Origin: Octopus vulgaris
Lineage: Eukaryota
Assembly: GCA_951406725.2 (NCBI GenBank)
Contig: OX597824.1
Coordinates: forward strand, 66,464,001 to 66,528,000
DNA length: 64,000 nucleotides
Direction of reading: 5' to 3'
Translations under genes and position numbers: made by a program
In this document: piece after piece, positions 39,413 to 51,978 of the stretch
How positions within the stretch are numbered: position 1 is the stretch's first letter
Layout: every line of letters starts with the position of its first letter
Notes under the pieces: model-generated
What the model saw: the letters and a program-made list of their open reading frames with translations, nothing else
The model's database searches: none
Told to the model about the DNA's origin: nothing

Positions 39413-41729
39413 AGGTGAGTGTGTGTAAATGTAAAAACTTGGCCGAGATCTTTTAAATGTTCAATTGAGTTGCATAGTTATAGAAATATCTTATTGTTCG
39501 CAGAGAATTCTATGAATGCCATAATAAGTGAATGAGAGGCAACGATGTGCTGGCAGCATTCCAGAATTCGATGACCTGTACATATGTTATGAACGTTACA
39601 TATGTGTGGAAGATTACGATTATGAAGAGAAAGTAAGTAAATATACAAAAAGGGAAGAAATCAGTATGTGTGTGTGTGTGTATGTGTTTGGGTTTGGGAT
39701 GGAGAAACACAATCATTCTGATTCGTTGGAGAGAAGATTTGGAGCAGATTTTCAGTGGTGAGAAGTTGATGCTAAAACAGCATTACTTTTTTTTCAATAT
39801 ATATCTTTCAACAAGAGAACAGGAAGCCAAAACTGTTTGTTATTGGTTAATGTTATTATTGTTGTTAGTGGTGTTGTTCTTGCTAATGATTCTTCTCCCA
39901 ATGGAAAGGAAGGAAGGAAGTTTTTGCTAGTTTCCTTTGTTTCATCTTTCGCCTGACTACTTCTCTCGATTAATAACAGACACCATTATTTCATTCTACA
40001 ACATTTGCCTGCAGAATTGTTTGTTTGCTTTTTTCTTTCTTTTCTTCCTTTTACTAAATACAACTATCAAACATGATAGGAGATTAAAAAAAAAATAAAC
40101 AAACAAAAAACAACAAACTGTTAATACCTTTCAGTTCCTTATCTTTTGTTCAAGGCCTCCCATCTAGTTTTTATGACTGTTAAAGAAATTATTATGATTT
40201 TTATCATCTAAGGCAGTTAAAGCAGTGAACTGGCAGGATGGTTAAAGCATCAGAAAAAAGGCCTTGCAACATTTGTTCCAGCTCTTTATGTCCTTAGTTC
40301 AAATCCCACCAAGGTTAACTTTGCCTGTTGTCCTTTCAGGGTTCATAAAATAAACTATGAGTCAAATGGATTCAATGGTATTTACTACCAATCTCCCTTT
40401 AAAATGCTGGTCTTGTGCCTCAATCAGAAACCATTATTATTTAGAGTTGTGGATTGGCAGAAGCATTAGCCTGCTGCCTCACAAAATGCCTTTTGACATT
40501 TACATACAAAACTTTTTGTTCTAGGTTCAAGTTCTGCCAAGGCTGGATTTGGCTTCATTCATTCAGAGTAGAAATACATATTTCTTTATTGCCCACATAG
40601 AGGGGACAAACACGGACAGACAAAGGGATTAAGTCGATTACATCAACCCCAGTGCGTAACTGGTACTTAATTTATAGATCCCGAAAGGATGAAAGGCAAA
40701 GTCGACCTCAGTGGAATTTGAACTCAGAATGTAATGGCAGACGAAATACGGCTACACATTTCGAAGTACTGGTCATGTACTATAATAGATATAATTAACT
40801 GTTTTCTTTCATCAAATTTCTATCTTTGAGCCAAGCACAAGAATGGCTGTGTAGTTAAAAAAGTTTGCTTCAGGTTCAGTCTCACTGTGTAGCAACTTGG
40901 GTATCTGCTACTATTGCTCTGGACTGACCAAAACCAACTGTCTATATAAAAATGTCATGACCGAAATTTGACACATTGTTTACACAATTAGTTCCATACT
41001 TGACTGAGTCCTAATCCATAAAGTTTCCACATACACCAAATAATATCTTCCCACAATAACTTTCTAGCAAGCTACACCCTACATTTTCTCCTCTACCCCT
41101 TTCCCCATCCTATACAATTACTTCTCCGGTCTACCTACACCACACCTAATTATCATTCCACACAGCTCCATCTACTCCTAAAAACAACTTGCCAAAGACT
41201 ATATAAAGCCAAAAAGAACCTGAGTAAAGTACAGGCAAAGAACACAAACTTTCTGCCTTTTGCTTGTAAAAGTTTAACAGGTGCTTCACCACAAGTATTG
41301 TGTAATCCTTTGGTTTAATATCAAATTGTTCTTATATATAACCTGACATTGAAATAGACATTTATATATATCATCATCATTGTTCCTCATCATCATATAT
41401 ATGTATATATCACCGTGATCACCATGACCGACCAGGCTATCAGATGTTGCTACACATTGCTGGTCACAATGTGTTTCACATTGTTTTAGCCTTCAAATGA
41501 CGCCACCCTGCTGGCTAAGCGAGCAGGCTAACAGAAGAAAGAGTGAAAGAAAGTTGCAGTGAAAGAGTACAGCAGGGATCGCCCCCCCCCACCCTGCCTC
41601 ATGGAGCTTTAGGTGTTTTCGCTCAATAAACACTCACAACGCTCGGTCTGGGAATCGAAACCGCGATCCTACAACCGTGAGTCCGCTGCCCTAACCACTG
41701 GGCCATTGTGCCTCCACATATGTATATAC

Positions 41730-41778
<49 letters not shown>

Positions 41779-44700
41779 TACATATATATACACACACACA
41801 CATACACACACAAGTTGAAATGAACAGTACATCATGTCAATTCACAAAATGATAATTCAACAACAAAGAATAAATAAATGAACAAAAAAACAGAGTATCT
41901 TCAAAGAGAAAGTGAAGATTAAAGAAGTTTACCATGTACTGAGGACTGACTCACTGAAAATAAAAACAACATCAAGAGAAAATACAAAGAAAAACATTAC
42001 GATTTCTCTACTTTCTCTCATGTACACACACCTGTATACAGATGTAGTTACAGACATAGACTATGCATTTATATGGGAATTATAAGTTTGAATATGTTTG
42101 TATGTCGTGGGGAGATTTTTCAGTTGAAAAGTCTTTTTTTCTCTCAAACAAAAGGGTCATTTTAAGAATGTTAAAACCCTCAGCATACACCACCGTTGCC
42201 ACCACCACCACCACCACCACCACCATCACCATCATCATCTATCTCTTTAGCAATCAGATTTCTTTGTCAAACGTCTTGCTTATTTATTCATATTGTTTTG
42301 AATTGGTCTTGCTTTATTTTGCAGCTTCGAAATTTCAATGGTGTGTTAGTATATTTTTTGAATGACATTATAGGGTAGGCATGAGAGGTTGGATTCGATC
42401 AGTTTCAACTGATAGAATATTAGCACCAGATATGGCTGGATTAAATGCTAAAGTGTTAATGTCTAAGTTTCATTTGCTTCATGTTGGCATGGGTTGGACC
42501 ATGCATACAAACTCATGCAAGTCCACGAACTTCACAAGTTAATTTTTGTTGATGCAGAGTGCCATCAATTTCCTTAAACTCTTATTTTTTTGTTGTTGTT
42601 GTGTGAATTAATGTTTCCAAACTGTATTTCATTACTATTTGCACATTTTGACACAAATCTTTCTGAGAAATTTCCAAGAATTTTATAGGTTCATTATGTA
42701 TACAACCCAACAACATATCTCCACTTAAGTCCTTGACAGCTGGTGCTTAACTTGACTTCCACAACATTAACTCTATTTGATATTAATCTGACTTAGCCCA
42801 TCCTTGTTTCTATAATATAAACTTCCACTTTTAACATGCTCTAAATTAAAACCTTCCAACAAAATCCCATGCTAACTTATATTCTTTACACCAACTTAAT
42901 AATGGACTAAATTACTTTACTGAATTCTTCACCATTTTTAAAGTTAATTGGAGTAAAGACAGAGTATTTCAACAGAAATATGACGATTGAGTACTTATTT
43001 TTGACATTTAGGTGGATTGAAGCACATAAAATAACATGTTCTACCTAAGAACACAATAAGATGCTTGAAGTGAATTGAACTTACAAGCTCGAAGCTTGGA
43101 ATCCAGTACCTTATTTCCTTGGCTAAATCACTACGACTGTCATCAATGACCTCATAAAAAAGGAGTCTCTCCACAATACTTTGATTCAATAAAATCTTTT
43201 ATCTTTTACTTGTTTCCGTCATTAGATTGTGGCCAAGCTGGGGCACTGCTCGAAGAATTCTAGTTGAATGAATCTACCTCAGTACTTACATATATTTTAA
43301 AGCCTGGTTTCTATCAGTTTATTTTGCTGAACTGCTAAGTTATGGGGATGTAAATGCACCACCACCAGTTGTCAAGTGGTGGTGGGGAGAAACACTACCC
43401 CCCCCCATCACAAGACGAGCTTCTTTCAATTTCTCTCTACCAAATCCACTCACAAGGCTTTGGTCATTCTGAAGCTATAGCAGAAGAAACTTACCCAAGG
43501 AGCCACTGTGACATTTTTTAGGTTGTCTGTTTTAATTCAATTTCTCTATCACATATGTACATACTTATAAAATGATAAAAAAAAAACAGTATAGTACCCA
43601 TAACTTTCAGGAACATTTTTTTCATGTTCAGAATTATTGATGCATCAGTTGTTAGCACACAAAACACTCCATCCTTCAAAATTCCATGCTTTCCAAACTT
43701 TACCAACACAACTCCTGACATGCCTATGCACCCTTTTGTCTTCATAGCATGTTTACTATTCACTTTTTCTGTCTTTTAATGTTTTATATTGTGTACTGTG
43801 CTTTACTTCAAGATTCTTTGCTGTCTTGAGTCACTGACTTATTGCTGCTTTCTCTCCTCTCTTTTAACCCTTTTGTTACCAACCCGGCTGAAACCAGCTC
43901 TGGCTCTGAGTACAAATGTCTTGTTTTCATAAGTTTTGAATTGAAATCTTCCACCAAACCTTAGTCACGATTTATGTTCCTAACACTTGTCGAATGATAA
44001 GTAAGTTATTTTACTAAATTCTTTGTTATATTTAAAGTAATTGAAAGAAATACAGAGCATTTCAACAGAAATACAGTAACGAAAGGGTTAATCTTTTCTC
44101 ATGAGTTGTTGTGCACTTGAGCACTATATACACAAAGCTCAATGGTCTAGATAATCCATGTCTGAAGAATAGATGGAGTGGTCATATCTTTAACCTTAGG
44201 TCTACCATTGTTTTTAGACCCCAGGATAATGCTGGGTTAAACAACAACAAAATCAACAACATTAATAGCATAAATGTTTTTTGTTCCATTTTCTTTTTTA
44301 TATAATAAATTTATTGATTTTATTTTTCAAAAACCAAATAAAATCACAACTTGAACACACACAGACACAGAGAAAAAATAAAAACAAACAAATAAAGAAA
44401 TATCTTTTGAAAATAATAGTAAAAATTACTCTTAGAAATTTTAAGAAACTATTCTGTTCGGGTAGCAGCTGCTACCTAAATAAAAATTAAATAGCAAATA
44501 TATCATTCAAATTTTTCTATTTGGAAACTTAAAATAATATGGTTTTAGTAGTGAAACTGTGGTCATGTTGGAGTACCACCTTTGAGGATTGTTGTTGTTT
44601 CATATTGATCTCAGTATTTATTTCAGTCAGCTACCTATATCACTGAGCACTTTTTACTGAATAATTGTTTTACTCTTTTTCTTTGTTGCGATAGGAATTT

Positions 44701-47700
44701 AATACACACACACATGCCATAGGCTACAACACTGCTTCCATATGCCAAATTTGATTCAAGTTTTTTGTCAACCCAAAGACCACGATAAAAAATACATGAC
44801 TGTAAAGCAAATAGCTCTTAACCATGAATATACTTGTGTCTATACTCTTTAACTTGTTTCAGTTATTGAACTGATACCACACTGGGGCAGTCTATGCTTA
44901 AATTTTTTAAAAATTGAGTGTTGGTGTAATCATACAAAGATAAACAGGAAAAGATAACATCAGATAGTTTTTCCCTATTAGCTACTTTGCTCATACTCTC
45001 ATCCAATTGTCTTTCATTCACATAACTTTTAGACTACCTTATTTCTGTCTCTCCCACTTTAGCCATCTGTCATACAAAACATTTAGTAGCTACTTCTTTC
45101 AGTTCTCTCCTCATTGCTCTCTCTCTCTTTCACTCATGGACTCACACATGTACTGACATTTGATAAGGTACATGCACAAACGATGTCATATCTCGCTTCT
45201 GTACTTCCTATAATTGTCTTCATAAAACAACTATATAATTTTATGCTGAAATTTTCATGCTTGCATGGGTCAGATGTGTTTTATCCAGCTCAGTACCTTG
45301 CCACTCATATTTTCCTTGGCGAAGAAAATAGAAATGGGAAAAAGTGGTTCACTTTCACTTCTTCCTACATCTTCAGTTTCCCTCTTCTGCTGGTTCCTTT
45401 CACTTGGGTCGCTTTCCACTACTTTACCCAACTGCCATCCTTCACATGTAGAATGTTCCACTCATATTTTCCTTGGCGAAGAAAATAGAAATGGGAAAAA
45501 GTGGTTCACTTTCACTTCTTCCTACATCTTCAGTTTCCCTCTTCTGCTGGTTCCTTTCACTTGGGTCGCTTTCCACTACTTTACCCAACTGCCATCCTTC
45601 ACATGTAGAATGTTCCTATAGCAGCACATTTTTCTTTCATGCACACTCTATCTGATTCCCTTTATATCCAGGTTTTGAAGGATGGAGTGTCCTGAATGCT
45701 AACAACTAATGCAGATAGTTTATTCCATGTGTCAACAATTTTGAGCATGAAAAAATGTTTCTGAAAGTCATGAGTTTATACTGTTTTTTTTTTATTTTAT
45801 AAGTATGTCCATTGGTGGTAGAAATATTGAATTAAAAATGCTACCCTAAAAAAATGTCACAGTGGCACCCTGGGCAAGTGTCTTCTGCTATAGCCTCAGG
45901 CTGACCAAAGCCTTGTGATGCATTGTTCATGTATGCTAACATTGCACATCAAGCAGGGTATACTTCCCTCATTTCTTTCCAGCCTTCCCTGCATCCTCTG
46001 CCCTCAGTGCTCATGTTTTGCTACTAAGCAATATCACACTGTTACAAAAACATTATACAATCTCTCCTTCACTGACAAAGGGAATCCCTCTGTTGTTAGC
46101 AAAGTAATAGCACCTATCACCACTGTTAATTAGGTCACCTAGTTGATAGAAACTGTCAATTTTAGGGAGCTTTCCAGATATTCATAAGAATTCACATCAT
46201 GATGCTCTTACTGATGACTGTACGTGTGTACCAGCTACATATAAAGTCCATCTTTGTTAGCCTGCCTGTGACTCCACTGCATTTCACTGTAGGTATAAAT
46301 TCCATAAGTATATACACAGTTTACAGTGTATACACTTATGGAATTTATACCTACCCCTTTTCTGCATAGTGTGCAAGGCAACTTCCTTGATGGCAGTAGA
46401 GACCTGCCTTCAAGGCGGTGAGCTGGCAGAATCATTAGAATGTTGAGCGAAATGCTTAGTGGTATTTCACCTGCTGCTACGTTCTGAGTTCAAATTCTGC
46501 CGAGGTCGACTTTGCCTTTCATCCTTTCGGGGGTCGATTAAATAAGTACCAGTTACGCACTGGAGTCAATATAATCAACTTAATCTGTTTGTCTGTCTTT
46601 GTTTGTCCCCTCTGTGTGTAGCCCCTTCTGGGCAATAAAGAAATAAGAGACCTGCCTTCTTTCTTCTTACATAAAACTTTTGTCTTTGTTAGGTTTACTT
46701 TAAGTCTGTTGATGCTTAGTTCTAGGATTGTCCTGATCAAGTAGTTCTACAACAAAACATGTTCAAGTCATGACCATCTCAGCTTTTCTTCAAGATCTAT
46801 TTAACAAGGATCCTCTTGTATGTTTTAATTATACACAGTATATCTATCCAATGTGTCTTTTCTTTTATAAGATGGCAGGATGTGATTTGATGAAGATTTT
46901 GCAGCTATTTCTAGCAGGGTGAACTTCCATATGCCAAATGTAAATATAATGAATGTTGTAAATTTGAATCCATGTTTCTTGCAACAATTAGCTTTAAAAG
47001 TATGAAGCAGCCAACCAGGCAGGGTGTGACAGCATAGCTTGAACATGTTTATTTATATCCACATTTTACTTTTAATCCATTCAACTGTGAAGTAGTTAGC
47101 AATCAATCAGATAGATTAAAGTAGATTTATATTCCGCCCACAACCATGCCATATTGTCTCTAAGAACTAGTTTATAAAATTTGCTGTTTCTTTTTTAAGA
47201 CAAAAGAAAGAGTGATTTTGTGGGAGATTTGGTTGCCATTTTCTGGCTGATTAAGTGACTTGTTAGGTCAAGCAGAATTTGTTTTGCAATTAGACAAATT
47301 AAGGCAAGCATAATATTGCCCTTTAACCCAAGCTTTCTAGTAAAATTTGAAATTAGGAGAACAAGTAATCTGCAGCCTGTGCCTTAATTTGACCACGACA
47401 TTCTATAATTAAAAGGATTAAATGATAAAAAAATATAAAATATTTTGCTACTTACTCTTCCAGGATGTTTGAAGAATTCTTTGATTTGCTACAAAAAGAG
47501 GAAAAAAAAAATATATATAAATTTGTTAAATGAATTCTGTATTGTAAATACTGATCTTGCTGTTGTTAGCCACATTTTGTCAAAGAATTAATGTCTTGTC
47601 TTGTACTCTTTCATAGTCCTACATCTTCACACACACAATAACATATGAACATGTCTGTCCATTCAGTCAGAAAAATATATATGTTATATACTTATGTGTG

Positions 47701-50700
47701 TCCTTTATGGCCATGCTCCCACTTTCTTTCCCACCTGAGAGGTCTTTGTCATGCAGGTGTTGGTACCATGTAAAACGCCCTCATGCCGGTGCCATGTATA
47801 ATGCACTAATGTCAGTGCCACGTGCAATGCACTTGCACTGGCACCACATAGAAGCACCCATGCCAGCAGTGCATAAAAAGCACCCAGCACACTCGGTAAG
47901 TGGTTGGTATAAAAAATGGCATCCAGCCATAGAAAACATGCCAAAAGAGACAGTTTGGAACCTAGATAGCTCTTCAGCTGGCCAGCTATTGTCAAGCCAT
48001 CCAATCCATGACAGCATGGAAAAAACGGACATTAAACAATGATGATGATGATGATGATGTGTGTGTGTGTATCTATATATCTATCTAGCCAAGGGCGAAG
48101 CAGAAAAGAAGAAGTTTGCCAATGTCCAGCGACATGAAGACCAAAGAACTGAAGTATTTAGGATTGCAAGACAGTGTGTGAGAGAAAATTGTGACGTCAT
48201 AGGAGAGAAATGTGTCTGCATGGATGACAGTACACTTGCTTTTAATGATTCAGAAAAGAAAGAAGCTTGGAGAAGCCATTATGAAAGACTGCTGAATGTG
48301 GAGAATGAATGGGAGGAGGAGAGCTTGCCAAATGTTGACCCAGTAGATGGACCAGCTATCTGAATATACAGTTCCCTTGTAGATAAAGCAATTAAGGGTA
48401 TGAAGCCAGGAAAAGCCCATGGCCCATCAGGAATCACTGCTGAGATGCTTAAAACATCTGGTGGTGTGGGCTTTGGCCTAGTCACCCGCATTGTAAACCA
48501 GGTAGTTCATGGAGTCATACCCAATGATTGGCGTAGCAGCATCATAGTCAACTGCTACAAGGGTAAAGGTGATGCTCTAAATAGAAATAACTACAGGGGT
48601 ATCAAACTGCTGGATAAGGTGATGAAGGTCTCGGAAAGGGTCATAGCCCATCTCATTAGGGAGAGAATTTGCTTAGATGTGATGCAGTTCAGTTGTGTGC
48701 CAGATAGAAGTACCACTGATGCCATATTCCTGGTTCGACAACTGCAGGAGAAATACCTAGCTAAAGATAAACCCCTATACTTGGCTTTTGTGGACTTGGA
48801 GAAAGCCTTTGACAGGGTCCCCCGATCCCTTATCTGGTAGGCGATGAGGAAACTGGGGATTGACAAATAGTTAATAAGGGCTGTACAGGCCTATACAGAG
48901 AGGCCGTTAGTAAGGTTAGGATTTGCAATGAATATAGTGAAGAATTCCGGGTAGAAGTAGGGGTCCACCAAGGTTCAGCCTTCAGCCCTGTTTTATTCAT
49001 CATAGTCCTCCAGGCAATAACAGAGGAATTCAAGACAGGTTGCCCTTGGGAACTCCTCTATGCTGATGACCTGGCCCTCATAGCAGAATCACTACCGGAA
49101 CTAGAAAATAAATTTTGGGTGTGGAAGCAAGGTTTAGAATCAAAAGGCCTTAGAGTCAATGTAGCAACGACCAAAGTTCTAGTAAGTAGGAAGGCGAACA
49201 CATCACACACACCCTCAGGTAGGTGGCCCTGCTCGAACTGTAGAAAAGGTGTAGGTAGAAACTCCATAAGATGTACTCAGTGTAAGCTATGGACACATAA
49301 GAGGTGCAGCAACATCAAAGGAAGATTAACCGAGAAGATAGCTTTTGTGTGCAGCAGATGCACAGGGGCAATAAACACTACAGATGCTCAGAAAAGAGAT
49401 TCCATCACACTCTAGGGGGAGAAACTAGAAGTAGTTGATAGCTTCCGCTACCTAGATGATTAAGTTAGTAGTGGGGGCGGATGCTCAAAGAGTGTTACCA
49501 TTAGAATAAGAATAGTCTGGGCAAAGTTTAGAAAGCTTCTACCCTTACTAGTGACAAAGGGCATCTTGCTCAGAGTGAAAGGTAGATTGTATTATGCATG
49601 TGTGCAAACTGCCATGTTTCACGGCAGTGAAACATGGGCTGTGACTGTGGAAGACATTTGTAGGCTCGAAAGAAATAAAGTTAGTATGATCTGTTGGATG
49701 TTTAATGTCAGTGTGCACACACAACAGAGTGTAAATGCCCTGAGAGAAATGTTGGACATAAGAAGCATAGGATGTGGCATGCAAGAGAGACGTTTGCGCT
49801 AGTATGGTCATGTACTACGGATGAATGAGAAGAGATGTGTGAAGAAGTGCCACTCCCAAACAGTTGAAGGAATCCAGAGTAGAGGCAGATCTAGGAAGAC
49901 ATGGGATGAGGTGGTCAAGCATGACCTTTGAATGTCGGGCCTCAGAGAGGCAATGACGAAAGACTGAGACCTCTGGAGATATGCTGTGACTGCAAAGACC
50001 TGGCAAATAAAGTGGGCTCACGGCTGTATCCTACACCAGTTTCACATAACCAGTCCCAGCCCATTCAAAAGTATCTTGGATCATAGGGCAACCTTCTGTG
50101 CTTGAGGAGACCTATTGAATCTAGTACATCAACATCAAAATGAAAATCAAATAGAAATTGTAGATGTGATACCTGTGCCAGTGGCATGTAAAAAGCACCA
50201 TCTGAATGTGGCCAATGCCAGCACCACCATGACAGGTTTCCGTGCCGGTGGCATGTAAAAAGCACCAACTGATCATAGCCATTGCCAGCCTCCTCAGACT
50301 CCTGTGCTGGTGGCACGTAAAAAGCACCCACTACACTCACGGAGTTGTAGGTGTTAGGAAGGGCATCCAGCTGTAGCAACTCTGCCAGATCAGACTGGAG
50401 CCTGGTGCAGCCTCCTGCCTTCCCAGACCCGGTCGAACCATCCAACCCATGCTAGCATGGAAAACGGACATTAAACGATGATGATGATATATATATATAG
50501 GCATGGCTGTGTATCATCCATATAGTTTCAGGTTCAGTTCCTTGGTCAGGTGTCTTTTACTATAGCCTCAGGCTGATAGAATAAGTACCAGGCTCAAAAA
50601 TATATGTGAGTTGATTTAGTAAATGGAAACTGAAAGAAGCCTGTTGTACATGTGTGTGTGTTTATGAGTGTGTATACATATGTATGCATGTATATATACA

Positions 50701-51249
50701 TGTATGTGTTTTTGAATAAGTTAACCCAAATTCCCTGTATTTTCACATGTGTTTGCTTGTCAGTTGTAAATAATGACCTCACTGATGGTTGGGTTTTCTT
50801 TCAATCTTCTGTGAAAGCATATCCAGACTTCTTTATGCCCTGACACGTTGTGCAATTTTTGTAAACAAATGTTTCCTTCATATAATGTCATTTGTTTCCA
50901 GTTCTTCAAATAAGACATGCCTGGGCTGTTTGTTGTTCAATATACTCGGAGATTATTACCTTGTTTGGAAACTAGTGTTAATGGGGGTTGGTAACAGAAA
51001 GGGCATCAAGCCATACAAAACTCTGCATCAAAAAACTCTCATGTGACTTATGCAAGCATGGAAAAGTATGCATTAAAATATAATGATGGTGATGGTGAAT
51101 GATGATGATAATGGTGATGCCATTTATGATGATGTTCATATACAGAAGGAAAATGAAGCACATACAACAGATAAAATATACGGGACAAGATATGGACAAA
51201 ATCACTATACTCTTTTATTAGCTGTTGGCAGAGGACCAAGGCAATTTCA

Positions 51250-51281
<32 letters not shown>

Positions 51282-51899
51282 CACGCGCGTGCACACATTT
51301 GTGCTTTACATCGCTTGAGTGAAATGGTGAATATGTTGACATTCCTTGTTGACATTTCAACATGTGCTTTCAAAGAATTCTGGATTAAAAAAATTTCTCA
51401 CTAAAAACAAAAAAACAGGTCTTTAAAACTCCCTGTTATCATGGAAAAAAAAAATGGATGCAAATATATTTATATACATAAATGCATGAATACATATGTA
51501 TAAGTGAATTCAGTAAATGGCTAATTTCTACTGATGTATACAGTATTTTACTTACATCATGAATATTTTGGGATTGTCATAAATACTACATCACATTTTT
51601 GCAACCTTCCCCACCACCTCAGATCCCTCAGATTATATGACCTGTATAAGAAAGAATCATATACACACACACACATACATACATATACTCTTTACTCTTT
51701 TACTTGTTTCAGTCATTTGACTGTGGCCATGCTGGAGCACTGCCTTTAGTCGAGCAAATCGACCCCAGGACTTATTCTTTGTAAGCCTAGTACTTATTCT
51801 ATTGGTCTCTTTCGCCAAACTGCTAAGTTACAGGGACGTAAACACACCACCATTGGTTGTCAAGTGATGTTGGGGGGACAAACACAGACACACAAACAT

Positions 51900-51978
<79 letters not shown>

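Larger units (their letters stand above)
43450..45918. repeat. Inverted duplication, arms 43450-43681 and 45673-45918
   Basis: About 230-245-bp arms are reverse complements and share the same SINE-to-unique-sequence junction. Confidence 0.85.

Noticed and set aside
39528-39632. Frame ...FDDLYICYERYICVEDYDYEEK as a nuclear-receptor-like N-terminus
   Set aside because: The resemblance is superficial; this frame has no ATG and an in-frame stop directly upstream.
43085-43150. Possible extra minus-strand exon (VIDDSRSDLAKEIRYWIPSFEL|gtaagt)
   Set aside because: Good donor but a poor GAG acceptor. It is open only in phase 0 while intron 4 is phase 2, where it gives a stop. An inner acceptor would fit only as a replacement for exon 5 and lacks a pyrimidine tract. 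No IFT43 similarity.
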